In this document: piece after piece, positions 1 to 10,401 of the stretch | Layout of the letters: every line of letters starts with the position of its first letter | Position numbering within the stretch: the stretch's first letter is position 1 | Assembly (NCBI GenBank): GCA_963422615.1 | Contig: OY730414.1 | Location: 930,001 to 994,000 of the forward strand | From: Longimicrobiales bacterium | GTDB taxonomy: Bacteria > Gemmatimonadota > Gemmatimonadetes > Longimicrobiales > Gaopeijiaceae | Direction: 5' to 3' | DNA length: 64,000 nt | Notes under the pieces: generated by a model | Database searches by the model: none | What the model was told of the DNA's origin: nothing | Seen by the model: the letters and a program-made list of their open reading frames with translations, nothing else | Position numbers and translations under genes: made by a program

Positions 1-3000
1 GCCCGGGAAAGCGTGTTACCTTTCATATTCGGAACAGCGACACTCAAGCTTCAATGAGGCCCGGGCAAGTTTGCCCGGGAAAGACGGTGTATGCGGCCCT
101 GGGTGGCAAAGATTTACCCCACGTCGCTTCAATGAGGCCCGGGCAAGTTTGCCCGGGAAAGTGCTGCCGGGCGTTGAAAGGTTGCCAATGGGAATATCGC
201 TTCAATGAGGCCCGGGCAAGTTTGCCCGGGAAAGGCTCCGGAAAGGCCGGCCCCAATGACGCGGTAGTGGGTGCTTCAATGAGGCCCGGGCAAGTTTGCC
301 CGGGAAAGCAGGCCGACGATGTGATTTCCACGGCGCAAGAGGGAGGGCTTCAATGAGGCCCGGGCAAGTTTGCCCGGGAAAGATCGCCGCCCACCAGATA
401 CTGATCGCCCAGGGCCGCGCTTCAATGAGGCCCGGGCAAGTTTGCCCGGGAAAGGCCAATCCGGGCAAACCATAGGTCGGAAGCCAGGTAAGCTTCAATG
501 AGGCCCGGGCAAGTTTGCCCGGGAAAGCTCGCTTCGTCAAGGTGGCCATCTACCCGCTTGTGACTAGCGCTTCAATGAGGCCCGGGCAAGTTTGCCCGGG
601 AAAGGCCCCCGCGCGTTGAAGGCGTATCCCTCCGTCGCAACGCTTCAATGAGGCCCGGGCAAGTTTGCCCGGGAAAGCCGATGGTTCCTCGCCAGAGACG
701 CCGCCGGTAGAATCCGGCTTCAATGAGGCCCGGGCAAGTTTGCCCGGGAAAGCCCGACCCCGATCCCGACGAGGAAAGAGACGACGCATGCTTCAATGAG
801 GCCCGGGCAAGTTTGCCCGGGAAAGGCCGAGAAGGTTGCGGTTTGCTTACGGCTGACTGCCCACGCTTCAATGAGGCCCGGGCAAGTTTGCCCGGGAAAG
901 CCCTAATCGATAAGGAACGGAGAAACGAAATGACACCGCTTCAATGAGGCCCGGGCAAGTTTGCCCGGGAAAGGCTTCAGGTTTCGGTGTGATCTCTCCC
1001 TCTTCGGCGCTTCAATGAGGCCCGGGCAAGTTTGCCCGGGAAAGGGTGCATCCGGCACGGCTCCATCAGACCCAGACGACCGCTTCAATGAGGCCCGGGC
1101 AAGTTTGCCCGGGAAAGCGCGCGCGCGCCCCAAGTCCCCCCTTCCCGGCCGGGCTGCTTCAATGAGGCCCGGGCAAGTTTGCCCGGGAAAGGGAGTCAAG
1201 CGGGTGGATCGGCTATCTGTTAAAATGCTTCAATGAGGCCCGGGCAAGTTTGCCCGGGAAAGGGCGCCAAATCCGTCGACAGACACTACCTACAGCCTCG
1301 CTTCAATGAGGCCCGGGCAAGTTTGCCCGGGAAAGAACTTGTTGGTGGTCGATCCGGGGGAATCGGGGGCGCTTCAATGAGGCCCGGGCAAGTTTGCCCG
1401 GGAAAGATCGGCGTCGTGTCGCCGGGATCGCAGGTGCTTCTGGCTTCAATGAGGCCCGGGCAAGTTTGCCCGGGAAAGATCCCGAAACCGAAGAAATCCC
1501 GAATCGCTTGTGAAGCTTCAATGAGGCCCGGGCAAGTTTGCCCGGGAAAGGCTTGGCCTCGTGGAAGCCTCCGCCACGGCCTCTTTGCTTCAATGAGGCC
1601 CGGGCAAGTTTGCCCGGGAAAGAAGGCGATGCCAGAAGGTGGCAGGGGGATAGACTTGCCTGCTTCAATGAGGCCCGGGCAAGTTTGCCCGGGAAAGTCC
1701 AAAAAGAAGGAGAAGCAAATGGACTACACATCAGGCTTCAATGAGGCCCGGGCAAGTTTGCCCGGGAAAGCCCGGAGGCTCGGCGAGGATCTGCCCGTGA
1801 AGTGGACCGCTTCAATGAGGCCCGGGCAAGTTTGCCCGGGAAAGCAGGCAATTCCCACGACATCCGGCCGTATTTCTCCCGGCTTCAATGAGGCCCGGGC
1901 AAGTTTGCCCGGGAAAGGCCAGCCTACTGGATGAAGTGAGGTTTCTCACCCGGGCTTCAATGAGGCCCGGGCAAGTTTGCCCGGGAAAGAGTCACGGATG
2001 CGCCGCCGCGCCGCTGGAAGCACAGGCTTCAATGAGGCCCGGGCAAGTTTGCCCGGGAAAGGTGCTCGAAGGCGTCTCTCGACCCGTAGATAAGCTGGGC
2101 TTCAATGAGGCCCGGGCAAGTTTGCCCGGGAAAGGTTCGATTAAAGCCCGCACATTCCTTCGCATTCATCGAGGCTTCAATGAGGCCCGGGCAAGTTTGC
2201 CCGGGAAAGCCTACGGGTTGCTGCGCTGACGGATCCTTGTTCAGCGGCTTCAATGAGGCCCGGGCAAGTTTGCCCGGGAAAGGACACCTGGGTGAGGATC
2301 AATGCGGCCGACGGCGAAATCGCTTCAATGAGGCCCGGGCAAGTTTGCCCGGGAAAGGCCAGCATCTGCCGGCACCGTCGATATCTCTGTTACTGCGCTT
2401 CAATGAGGCCCGGGCAAGTTTGCCCGGGAAAGGTTCGGCGCAATCCTTACTTAGGATCCGCGGGTCACCGTCGCTTCAATGAGGCCCGGGCAAGTTTGCC
2501 CGGGAAAGAGCCATGCGATCGATCCGGCATCCGACGTCGAGGCGTCGCTTCAATGAGGCCCGGGCAAGTTTGCCCGGGAAAGACCCCGGCCACCCCCGAC
2601 GCTTCCGTTTCACGGAGAGTCGCTTCAATGAGGCCCGGGCAAGTTTGCCCGGGAAAGGACGGCCACACCGCGGCCACGTCCCACCAGTTTACTGTGCTTC
2701 AATGAGGCCCGGGCAAGTTTGCCCGGGAAAGCCAGGGTCAACATCGGTGGGCCTGGGGCCGTATTTCTGCTTCAATGAGGCCCGGGCAAGTTTGCCCGGG
2801 AAAGGAGGAGACCCAGCCTGTGCCTGGGTCGTGGAGTAGCTGCTTCAATGAGGCCCGGGCAAGTTTGCCCGGGAAAGGGGCAAAGATCCGAAACTGGCCT
2901 TCGCGGAAGATGTCGCTTCAATGAGGCCCGGGCAAGTTTGCCCGGGAAAGATCCCGCCTCCTGTGTGAGGGACTCAATGGCCTTGTCGCTTCAATGAGGC

Positions 3001-6000
3001 CCGGGCAAGTTTGCCCGGGAAAGTGCGGCGTTCCCGGCGAACTTGGTGTTGCCGTCGATGTTGCTTCAATGAGGCCCGGGCAAGTTTGCCCGGGAAAGTG
3101 TGCCCGGAAGCTCCTTGCATCGCCTCCAGACACGTTGCTTCAATGAGGCCCGGGCAAGTTTGCCCGGGAAAGAGCGGCTGTAGTTGGCAATGCGCGTGCT
3201 GTCGCGCTGCTTCAATGAGGCCCGGGCAAGTTTGCCCGGGAAAGGCCCGCTAGCGATGGTGCTCCTGGCCTCTCCCTGGGCGCTTCAATGAGGCCCGGGC
3301 AAGTTTGCCCGGGAAAGGTGACCATCGGCCCCCGGTGAGCGGCCAACACGTCGCTTCAATGAGGCCCGGGCAAGTTTGCCCGGGAAAGCGCGAAATGCTT
3401 CCCATCCAGCGCCCCTGAGCGCTTTTCGCTTCAATGAGGCCCGGGCAAGTTTGCCCGGGAAAGGGCCTGGTTACCGACCCGGGTGAGTGGTGATCTAGGC
3501 GCTTCAATGAGGCCCGGGCAAGTTTGCCCGGGAAAGGTTCGAACCCGACCCAAACGCTCCCCTGCCTGAGCCGGCTTCAATGAGGCCCGGGCAAGTTTGC
3601 CCGGGAAAGGGTGATGGTGTGGCTGCTCGAAAACTGGTGGCCATGCTTCAATGAGGCCCGGGCAAGTTTGCCCGGGAAAGATTGGTCGGTCTCCTGTGTC
3701 GATGGTGTGTGTTTGGGCTTCAATGAGGCCCGGGCAAGTTTGCCCGGGAAAGAGGCGTTCAGCCTATCGATGCGTTGGCCATGGCTGCGCTTCAATGAGG
3801 CCCGGGCAAGTTTGCCCGGGAAAGATCCGCCGGTTGGCGGGGTGCTGCGGATTGAAGACGGCAGCTTCAATGAGGCCCGGGCAAGTTTGCCCGGGAAAGT
3901 AGAGTACCAACGAGCAACGCGATTATGGCTTTTGGTGCTTCAATGAGGCCCGGGCAAGTTTGCCCGGGAAAGGGCGGGAGCATGGAGCGCCGAAATGCTC
4001 GTCGAGGTGCTTCAATGAGGCCCGGGCAAGTTTGCCCGGGAAAGCCTGGGCGACCTGTATTGCACGTGTGCGCTGTTCCCATGCTTCAATGAGGCCCGGG
4101 CAAGTTTGCCCGGGAAAGCGTACCGAGGCGGCGGGCCGCAACTGCATCTGGCACGCTTCAATGAGGCCCGGGCAAGTTTGCCCGGGAAAGGGGTTCCCCG
4201 GTGCTTCGTCAGATTGAGAATCATTGGGCTTCAATGAGGCCCGGGCAAGTTTGCCCGGGAAAGCACCCCTGCCGGTTCCATCGCCGCAGAGTGAAAGCGC
4301 TTCAATGAGGCCCGGGCAAGTTTGCCCGGGAAAGGTCGGCGTCAAGGTAGATCAGTAGATCAGGGTCTGGGCTTCAATGAGGCCCGGGCAAGTTTGCCCG
4401 GGAAAGGGACCGAAGTCCTGTGGACCAACTACCAGCCAGAGCCGCTTCAATGAGGCCCGGGCAAGTTTGCCCGGGAAAGCTCCCCGCCTCGCCTCCCGCC
4501 ACCGCATCGACGTTCGCCCAGGCTTCAATGAGGCCCGGGCAAGTTTGCCCGGGAAAGAACCACACCATTAGCGTCGTTGTACCGCTGGCCGACGCGCTTC
4601 AATGAGGCCCGGGCAAGTTTGCCCGGGAAAGGGAGGTTCCTGTTGTTGGTGGGGCCACCCGCAGCCGGGCTTCAATGAGGCCCGGGCAAGTTTGCCCGGG
4701 AAAGCGCTCCACGACCTGAGCTGCCTTCTCCGCCTTCCACTTGCTTCAATGAGGCCCGGGCAAGTTTGCCCGGGAAAGGATATCCTGTACCAAGGTATGG
4801 CACAAGACGAAACCGCTTCAATGAGGCCCGGGCAAGTTTGCCCGGGAAAGATGGTTCCTCGCCAGAGACGCCGCCGGTAGAATCCGGCTTCAATGAGGCC
4901 CGGGCAAGTTTGCCCGGGAAAGTTGGGTCCGTCCGCCGGCGGATCCGGCGGACGTCCTGCTTCAATGAGGCCCGGGCAAGTTTGCCCGGGAAAGCAAACA
5001 TATAGGTTAGATTCAATCATGGATATTCTCGATTTGCTTCAATGAGGCCCGGGCAAGTTTGCCCGGGAAAGCCCGTCCGGCGCCACTCAGAAGGGTCTGT
5101 TCTATTCCCGCTTCAATGAGGCCCGGGCAAGTTTGCCCGGGAAAGCCGGACCACCAACAACGTACCATGGGCAACCATTGATTGCTTCAATGAGGCCCGG
5201 GCAAGTTTGCCCGGGAAAGGCTGTCAAACGTGCCCGCCGGCATGATGGTCAGAAAAGCTTCAATGAGGCCCGGGCAAGTTTGCCCGGGAAAGGGCCGTGG
5301 TCGTCGAGAGACGCAACGAGGGAGTCGGCGTTGCTTCAATGAGGCCCGGGCAAGTTTGCCCGGGAAAGGAGAGCTTGTTGGCTCCAAGGGAGAGCTTGTT
5401 GGCTCGCTTCAATGAGGCCCGGGCAAGTTTGCCCGGGAAAGCGGCAGAGCTGGACGGCACAGAATGTCCTGCTTCTGGCTTCAATGAGGCCCGGGCAAGT
5501 TTGCCCGGGAAAGGCTGCTAGCCTGCAGACGTTCTCAGAAGACTTCGTTTTTGCTTCAATGAGGCCCGGGCAAGTTTGCCCGGGAAAGAACCCGGTGCAG
5601 GCTAAACTCATCCCAGACAGGCGGGCTTCAATGAGGCCCGGGCAAGTTTGCCCGGGAAAGACTGGGTGGAGTGGCTGGCATGAACGTGGCATGGCTCGGC
5701 TTCAATGAGGCCCGGGCAAGTTTGCCCGGGAAAGCTCCGCCGCCACGGTCGCCGCCCTCCGCGGCCAGATCCTGCTTCAATGAGGCCCGGGCAAGTTTGC
5801 CCGGGAAAGTTCTCACAGCCGTTGCTCCCGAAAGCACCACGCGGGCTTCAATGAGGCCCGGGCAAGTTTGCCCGGGAAAGTGCTCATGGCAGCGGAAGCG
5901 CTGATCCTTGATCCTGCGCTTCAATGAGGCCCGGGCAAGTTTGCCCGGGAAAGGTTACGAACTTCCAGGTCCTGGAGACAGAACGGCGAACAGCTTCAAT

Positions 6001-7218
6001 GAGGCCCGGGCAAGTTTGCCCGGGAAAGTTCGCGCTCAGTTCCTCCCCGGAGGCGGCCGGGAGCGCTTCAATGAGGCCCGGGCAAGTTTGCCCGGGAAAG
6101 GACGGGACCCGAAGGAGAGACCGGTTTCGATCCACATGCTTCAATGAGGCCCGGGCAAGTTTGCCCGGGAAAGTGTTGGTGGGTCCTGCTGGGGAGACCG
6201 GGTCGGGGCCGCTTCAATGAGGCCCGGGCAAGTTTGCCCGGGAAAGTCTTAGGCGGCGCAGTATGTCCACCTTCTTGTCCCTGCTTCAATGAGGCCCGGG
6301 CAAGTTTGCCCGGGAAAGTGTTGAAGCCCGGTGGCACACCACGGAAGGATCGAGGCTTCAATGAGGCCCGGGCAAGTTTGCCCGGGAAAGACGTACTCGC
6401 CGGACAATCCGGACGTTCTCACCGTGAGCTTCAATGAGGCCCGGGCAAGTTTGCCCGGGAAAGAGTTGGACGCGGTCAATCAGGCCAGCCTTGACCATGG
6501 GCTTCAATGAGGCCCGGGCAAGTTTGCCCGGGAAAGTTCGGTGGGTTGGTGCCCCATTGGCTGATCTTCTCGCTTCAATGAGGCCCGGGCAAGTTTGCCC
6601 GGGAAAGGAAGGTGGCAGGGGGATAGACTTGCCTGAACACCTCGCTTCAATGAGGCCCGGGCAAGTTTGCCCGGGAAAGAGCGAGAAGCCCGAAGTCGAG
6701 GAAACCGACACGCCGGCTTCAATGAGGCCCGGGCAAGTTTGCCCGGGAAAGGTTGGCAATGCGCGTGCTGTCGCGCTGAATTTCGTAGCTTCAATGAGGC
6801 CCGGGCAAGTTTGCCCGGGAAAGTGTCGGCGAAGCCCATGACACCTAGCCCAACGCGGCGCTTCAATGAGGCCCGGGCAAGTTTGCCCGGGAAAGAGGCT
6901 TGGGCCCTTAGGGCCCGGGCTTGGGAAGTCGCGCTTCAATGAGGCCCGGGCAAGTTTGCCCGGGAAAGAAAGAGCCAGACCAGATATCCCCACCAGTTGG
7001 CGGCGCTTCAATGAGGCCCGGGCAAGTTTGCCCGGGAAAGAACCTGCATGCACCCGGAGTGTCGGCTCGCTTCCATCGCTTCAATGAGGCCCGGGCAAGT
7101 TTGCCCGGGAAAGGGCACCTCCATCGCTTCAATGAGGCCCGGGCAAGTTTGCCCGACCTTGGGACCGCGGTCGCTTCGCCGCGCTTCAATGAGGCCCGGG
7201 CAAGTTTGCCCGGGAAAG
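1..7218 (-). CRISPR. CRISPR array, ~100 repeats (99 counted plus a partial repeat at the window edge), 36-bp repeat, spacers mostly 35-42 bp; continues left of the window
   Basis: GCTTCAATGAGGCCCGGGCAAGTTTGCCCGGGAAAG recurs every ~73 bp with an internal hairpin CCCGGGCAA/TTGCCCGGG. The minus-strand repeat ends ...ATTGAAGC, as in type I-G arrays, and cas2 plus the leader lie at the right end. Confidence 0.99.
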
Positions 7219-7432
7219 CCACCCCCTCGGAAGTCCTTGCGCGGTGCCGTTTTCCGAGGGGGATGGCGACCACTGGCACCGATCGCCCATTTGGGCGCCG
7301 ATGCGGTCATTCCTTTACCTGTGTTGTCAATCAGCCATCTCCTTGCGGGTCGCGGGAAAAGAACGGGCTGCGACCGCTGGCGGAGTTTTTCGACCTACCG
7401 CAGCTCTCGCGCTGGGACCGGCAGCTAACCGA
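7219..7432 (-). promoter_or_regulatory. CRISPR leader
   Basis: Non-repetitive 214 bp between the cas2 stop and the first repeat in the inferred transcription direction; no promoter elements firmly identified. Confidence 0.75.
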
Positions 7433-7726
7433 TCAGATAATCGTAGCCTGTCGCTCGGGCGCCTCATAGCCCCTTCCTAGACTTTCCACTCGAGGAGTCA
7501 CTTTGTCGGCTGGTCCCATATCCATGATCAATATATGATCCTCCTTCGGTTTGATCAACCCTTCAAGGCGAGTGGTAAGTTCTTCACGCCTCCGAGCCGC
7601 GAGACGGCACTGAAAAACTGAAAGCTGGAGCCAGTGTCCGTATCCCTTCATCACGTTGTATATTCGTCGCCATCTCTTCGGCTCGGATATATCATAGGCA
7701 ACAATGTACAGACGTTCCTTGGGCAT
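7433..7726 (-). CDS. cas2: CRISPR-associated endonuclease Cas2
   Basis: 97 aa with YIVAYDISEPKRWRR and GHWLQLSVFQC motifs; immediately downstream of cas1. Confidence 0.97.
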   Translation of the reverse strand: MPKERLYIVAYDISEPKRWRRIYNVMKGYGHWLQLSVFQCRLAARRREELTTRLEGLIKPKEDHILIMDMGPADKVTPRVESLGRGYEAPERQATII

Positions 7727-7728
7727 GG

Positions 7729-9444
7729 CTAGCGGGGCAGATAGTGAGGATAGGAAACAACCTCCCCTTGCAGGTGTCGCGCCAAGAGTCGGGCCTGAAC
7801 TTCGATTAGACGCCGCATCGAAATCCGGTAACCGAAAATCGGATGCGTGGTCATTTGTCCCATCCGCCGCTCAAACGTCGCGATAAAGGCCTTGCGGCCC
7901 CTTGGCTTGAGCGAGCAGGCAGGTCCGTTGAACACAAAGTCCCGGATCTTGATCTCTCGATTATTCACCGCCTGAATCACTGCCGAGTCCGCAACAATGG
8001 CCCGAAACGGTTCCATGAGATCAAGGGCCAGTGCCGGACGTCCATGCCGAATACGGTGGTAGAGTCCCATGTAGGGATCCAACCCGGTCGCGGAGATCGC
8101 GGTCGTCATGAACCGCGTGAGAAGGGCGTACGCCAGAGACAACATCGCATTAACCGGATCGACGGGCGGCCGACGATTCCGAGTGGCAAAGGCAAAGTCA
8201 TCATAGCCTGCATCGGCTTGAGCCATGAGCATTTTACTAAAATATCGAAAATAAATTGCCGCGGCCTCTCCCTCGAAACCCAGAAGCCGCAATTCATCTT
8301 TGGCGTAGGTAGCGCGCCGCGCAATGCGAGTCAGTCCGGCAAGAGCCTCGTCCTTGCCATCCGTGCCCTGGTCTGCCCTCCAGTTCCGGCGCAGAATCGT
8401 ACGAGAGTTGCGAATCTTTGCTGCTACCAATTTTCGCGAAAACGCAAGGCGACGCTGCTCGTCAAAGGCGATCCGGTATTGTGCCTCCCGAACGGCGACG
8501 TTTCCGTTCCCGGTTCCGAAGGTGTGGCCGAGGAACCAACCGCCCATGGAAAACCACGATACCGGAATTTCCGCACGCATCAGGGCGTGCAAAGCTGGTG
8601 TTGTTATCGATACGGGTCCGAACAGAGACACCTGGGAAACGTCGATCATGGGTATCTCCACGGTCTCTTCGCCTGCTTCGACAATCAAGCGTTCGCTCCG
8701 TTTGCGAATCCGGGCCCCCGGGGTTTGCACGTAGAGGGGCATCGCCGGGTTGTCGGAAGGATTCAAGGGCCGGGGTGGATAGCCCTTGCGAAACAGGTTG
8801 GTCTCGTCGGGCAGACATATTCCGGCGAGGGAACAGCGGGGACATTTCGGACTGTTCTCAAGCGGTGGAGGCCGGCGGCGGACCATGGCCGCTGAGCGAA
8901 GCCCCAGGATTGCGTCCAGCGTACGAGCCCGGAGATCTTCATCCAGAACCACCCGAACCTTTTCGCGAGAGCCCACGTACCATAGCGCACCGTGCTGGAC
9001 CTTGTATCCGTTGTCTTCCAAGATCATCGCCTGGACGCAAACCTGTACGCGTTCCGGCTCGTAGGCGCCCGCCGCGACATGAGGACGCTTTCCCTTCTTG
9101 AAGTCTACGGGCATCACGTACCCTTCTTTTGCCTCCACGACATCCATCTTGGCGATGACCCCCAGGCGTTCCGAAGACAGCATGACCGAACGGGCTTGGC
9201 CCATTTCTTCGTCGAGTTCATCGGGAGAAGGCAAACGGCCAACGTCCCTATCGACACGGGCGTGAACCCGCTTGCCTTTTGCGGTGTCCACGCTGTCGGC
9301 CCACTCCCCTTCCACCCATTCCAAATAAGCCAGGCGAGGACAGTAAACCCACTCATTCACCATACGAGCCGGGACGAGGGGCATCGTCGCGTCGGCTGGT
9401 GGGGGCGGGATGGGGAGAATGAGTTGGGGACGCCCGTCCTTCAT
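7729..9444 (-). CDS. cas1: Cas4-Cas1 fusion (type I-G)
   Basis: N-terminal Cas4 with YCPR, PVDFKKG, QVCVQAMILE and CPRCSLAGIC; C-terminal Cas1 with GFEGEAAAIYF, RRPPVDPVNAMLSLAY and ALALDLMEPFR. Confidence 0.97.
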   Translation of the reverse strand: MKDGRPQLILPIPPPPADATMPLVPARMVNEWVYCPRLAYLEWVEGEWADSVDTAKGKRVHARVDRDVGRLPSPDELDEEMGQARSVMLSSERLGVIAKMDVVEAKEGYVMPVDFKKGKRPHVAAGAYEPERVQVCVQAMILEDNGYKVQHGALWYVGSREKVRVVLDEDLRARTLDAILGLRSAAMVRRRPPPLENSPKCPRCSLAGICLPDETNLFRKGYPPRPLNPSDNPAMPLYVQTPGARIRKRSERLIVEAGEETVEIPMIDVSQVSLFGPVSITTPALHALMRAEIPVSWFSMGGWFLGHTFGTGNGNVAVREAQYRIAFDEQRRLAFSRKLVAAKIRNSRTILRRNWRADQGTDGKDEALAGLTRIARRATYAKDELRLLGFEGEAAAIYFRYFSKMLMAQADAGYDDFAFATRNRRPPVDPVNAMLSLAYALLTRFMTTAISATGLDPYMGLYHRIRHGRPALALDLMEPFRAIVADSAVIQAVNNREIKIRDFVFNGPACSLKPRGRKAFIATFERRMGQMTTHPIFGYRISMRRLIEVQARLLARHLQGEVVSYPHYLPR

Positions 9445-9497
9445 GCGATTCTGTCGCTATTTGGAGAGCGGGATAACCTGGCCGCTGTCAGAAGTCC

Positions 9498-9731
9498 TCA
9501 CCGCACAGGTTCATGGGCGATGCGCCGGGGATGAGATTTACCCATCATCACGCTCTTCAGGTCGTGGTCATCCCGGAAGTTTCGTTCCGAATTGACCTTG
9601 CCCCCCAGGGTTCCCAATGTGATCAGGGCCTCCTGGAGCGACGCTAACTGTTTTCTGGTCAAATCGTGCCGGGTAAAATCGCGCATTTGCACGGTGAAGT
9701 CAAACGGCGCCCGAGGACAGGCGCGGGGAAG
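9498..9731 (-). pseudogene. cmr1: Internally deleted remnant resembling type III-B Cmr1
   Basis: Frame reads LPRACPRAPFDFTVQMR...LQEALITLGTLGG|KVNSERNFRDDHDL...HPRRIA, matching separate segments I recall from Cmr1 proteins; the G-rich loop and the FGLPHNY tail are absent. Boundaries approximate. Confidence 0.6.
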
Positions 9732-10200
9732 GTTTCAGCTGGTAGTCGGCCCCGATTCCCCGAATTGCGTAGAGGATACCCCCGGCGTTTTTCCGAACCT
9801 CCTTCTTGAGCCATCTACTCTTCTCACCAGTGGCCCAAGTGATCCAGGAGATCGTCCATTCTCGCATGAAGCCGAGCGCCATTGCTACGCTCCCACGGCA
9901 GAACAGGTCGTCTATGAGACGGGCTTGCCGCTCCAGCTCGGTCCTGGAAAGCGCGATCTTGCCTTTCCAACCGTCGCCGGTTGTCGGTTCGGTGAAGCTG
10001 AGCGGTTTAAGAATGTTGTCAAGTCGCTCAGTGAGATTTTCGCTCAGCAGCAGGTGATAATCTCGTTCAAGCAACCTTCGTAACTGTGTAAGATGCTGGC
10101 GTGGCAAGGTAGAGTACGGTGGCATGGTCAGAAATGAGAAGTGCCAAAAGCCATGCGTGACGTCCACGGTGAGATCAGTGAGAACCGGGCCGACTGCATA
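9700..10200 (-). pseudogene. csx1: Truncated Csx1/TM1812-type CARF protein remnant
   Basis: DLTVDVTHGFWHFSFLT resembles the CARF DxTHGFRH motif, followed by ELERQARLIDDL..ALGFMREWTISW; far shorter than a full Csx1, with no HEPN RxxxxH seen. Confidence 0.7.
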
Positions 10201-10401
10201 CTGGTCCTGAGGACGGTCAATAGGAGGTGTTGTCGATTCATTTGTGCCCTGTCGTTCTCTCTCGAAAGCTCATGTTTCTGATCCGTTGTTGATCTCGTAT
10301 CGAATCGAGCGTAGAGTTTGCCAGGAACTCTTGCCCAGCAATGAGATCGCGTTTAGAATGGTCAGTCCTTCCAAAAAAATAACAGAAAACGAAAGAGAAC
10401 G

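Noticed and set aside
3537..3573. Spacer starting GTTCGAACCC (tRNA T-loop-like)
   Set aside because: The rest does not form a tRNA 3' arm; probably chance.
44..7480. Dozens of ORFs with MRPGQVCPGK / FPGQTCPGLIEA repeats
   Set aside because: Translations of the CRISPR repeat, not genes.
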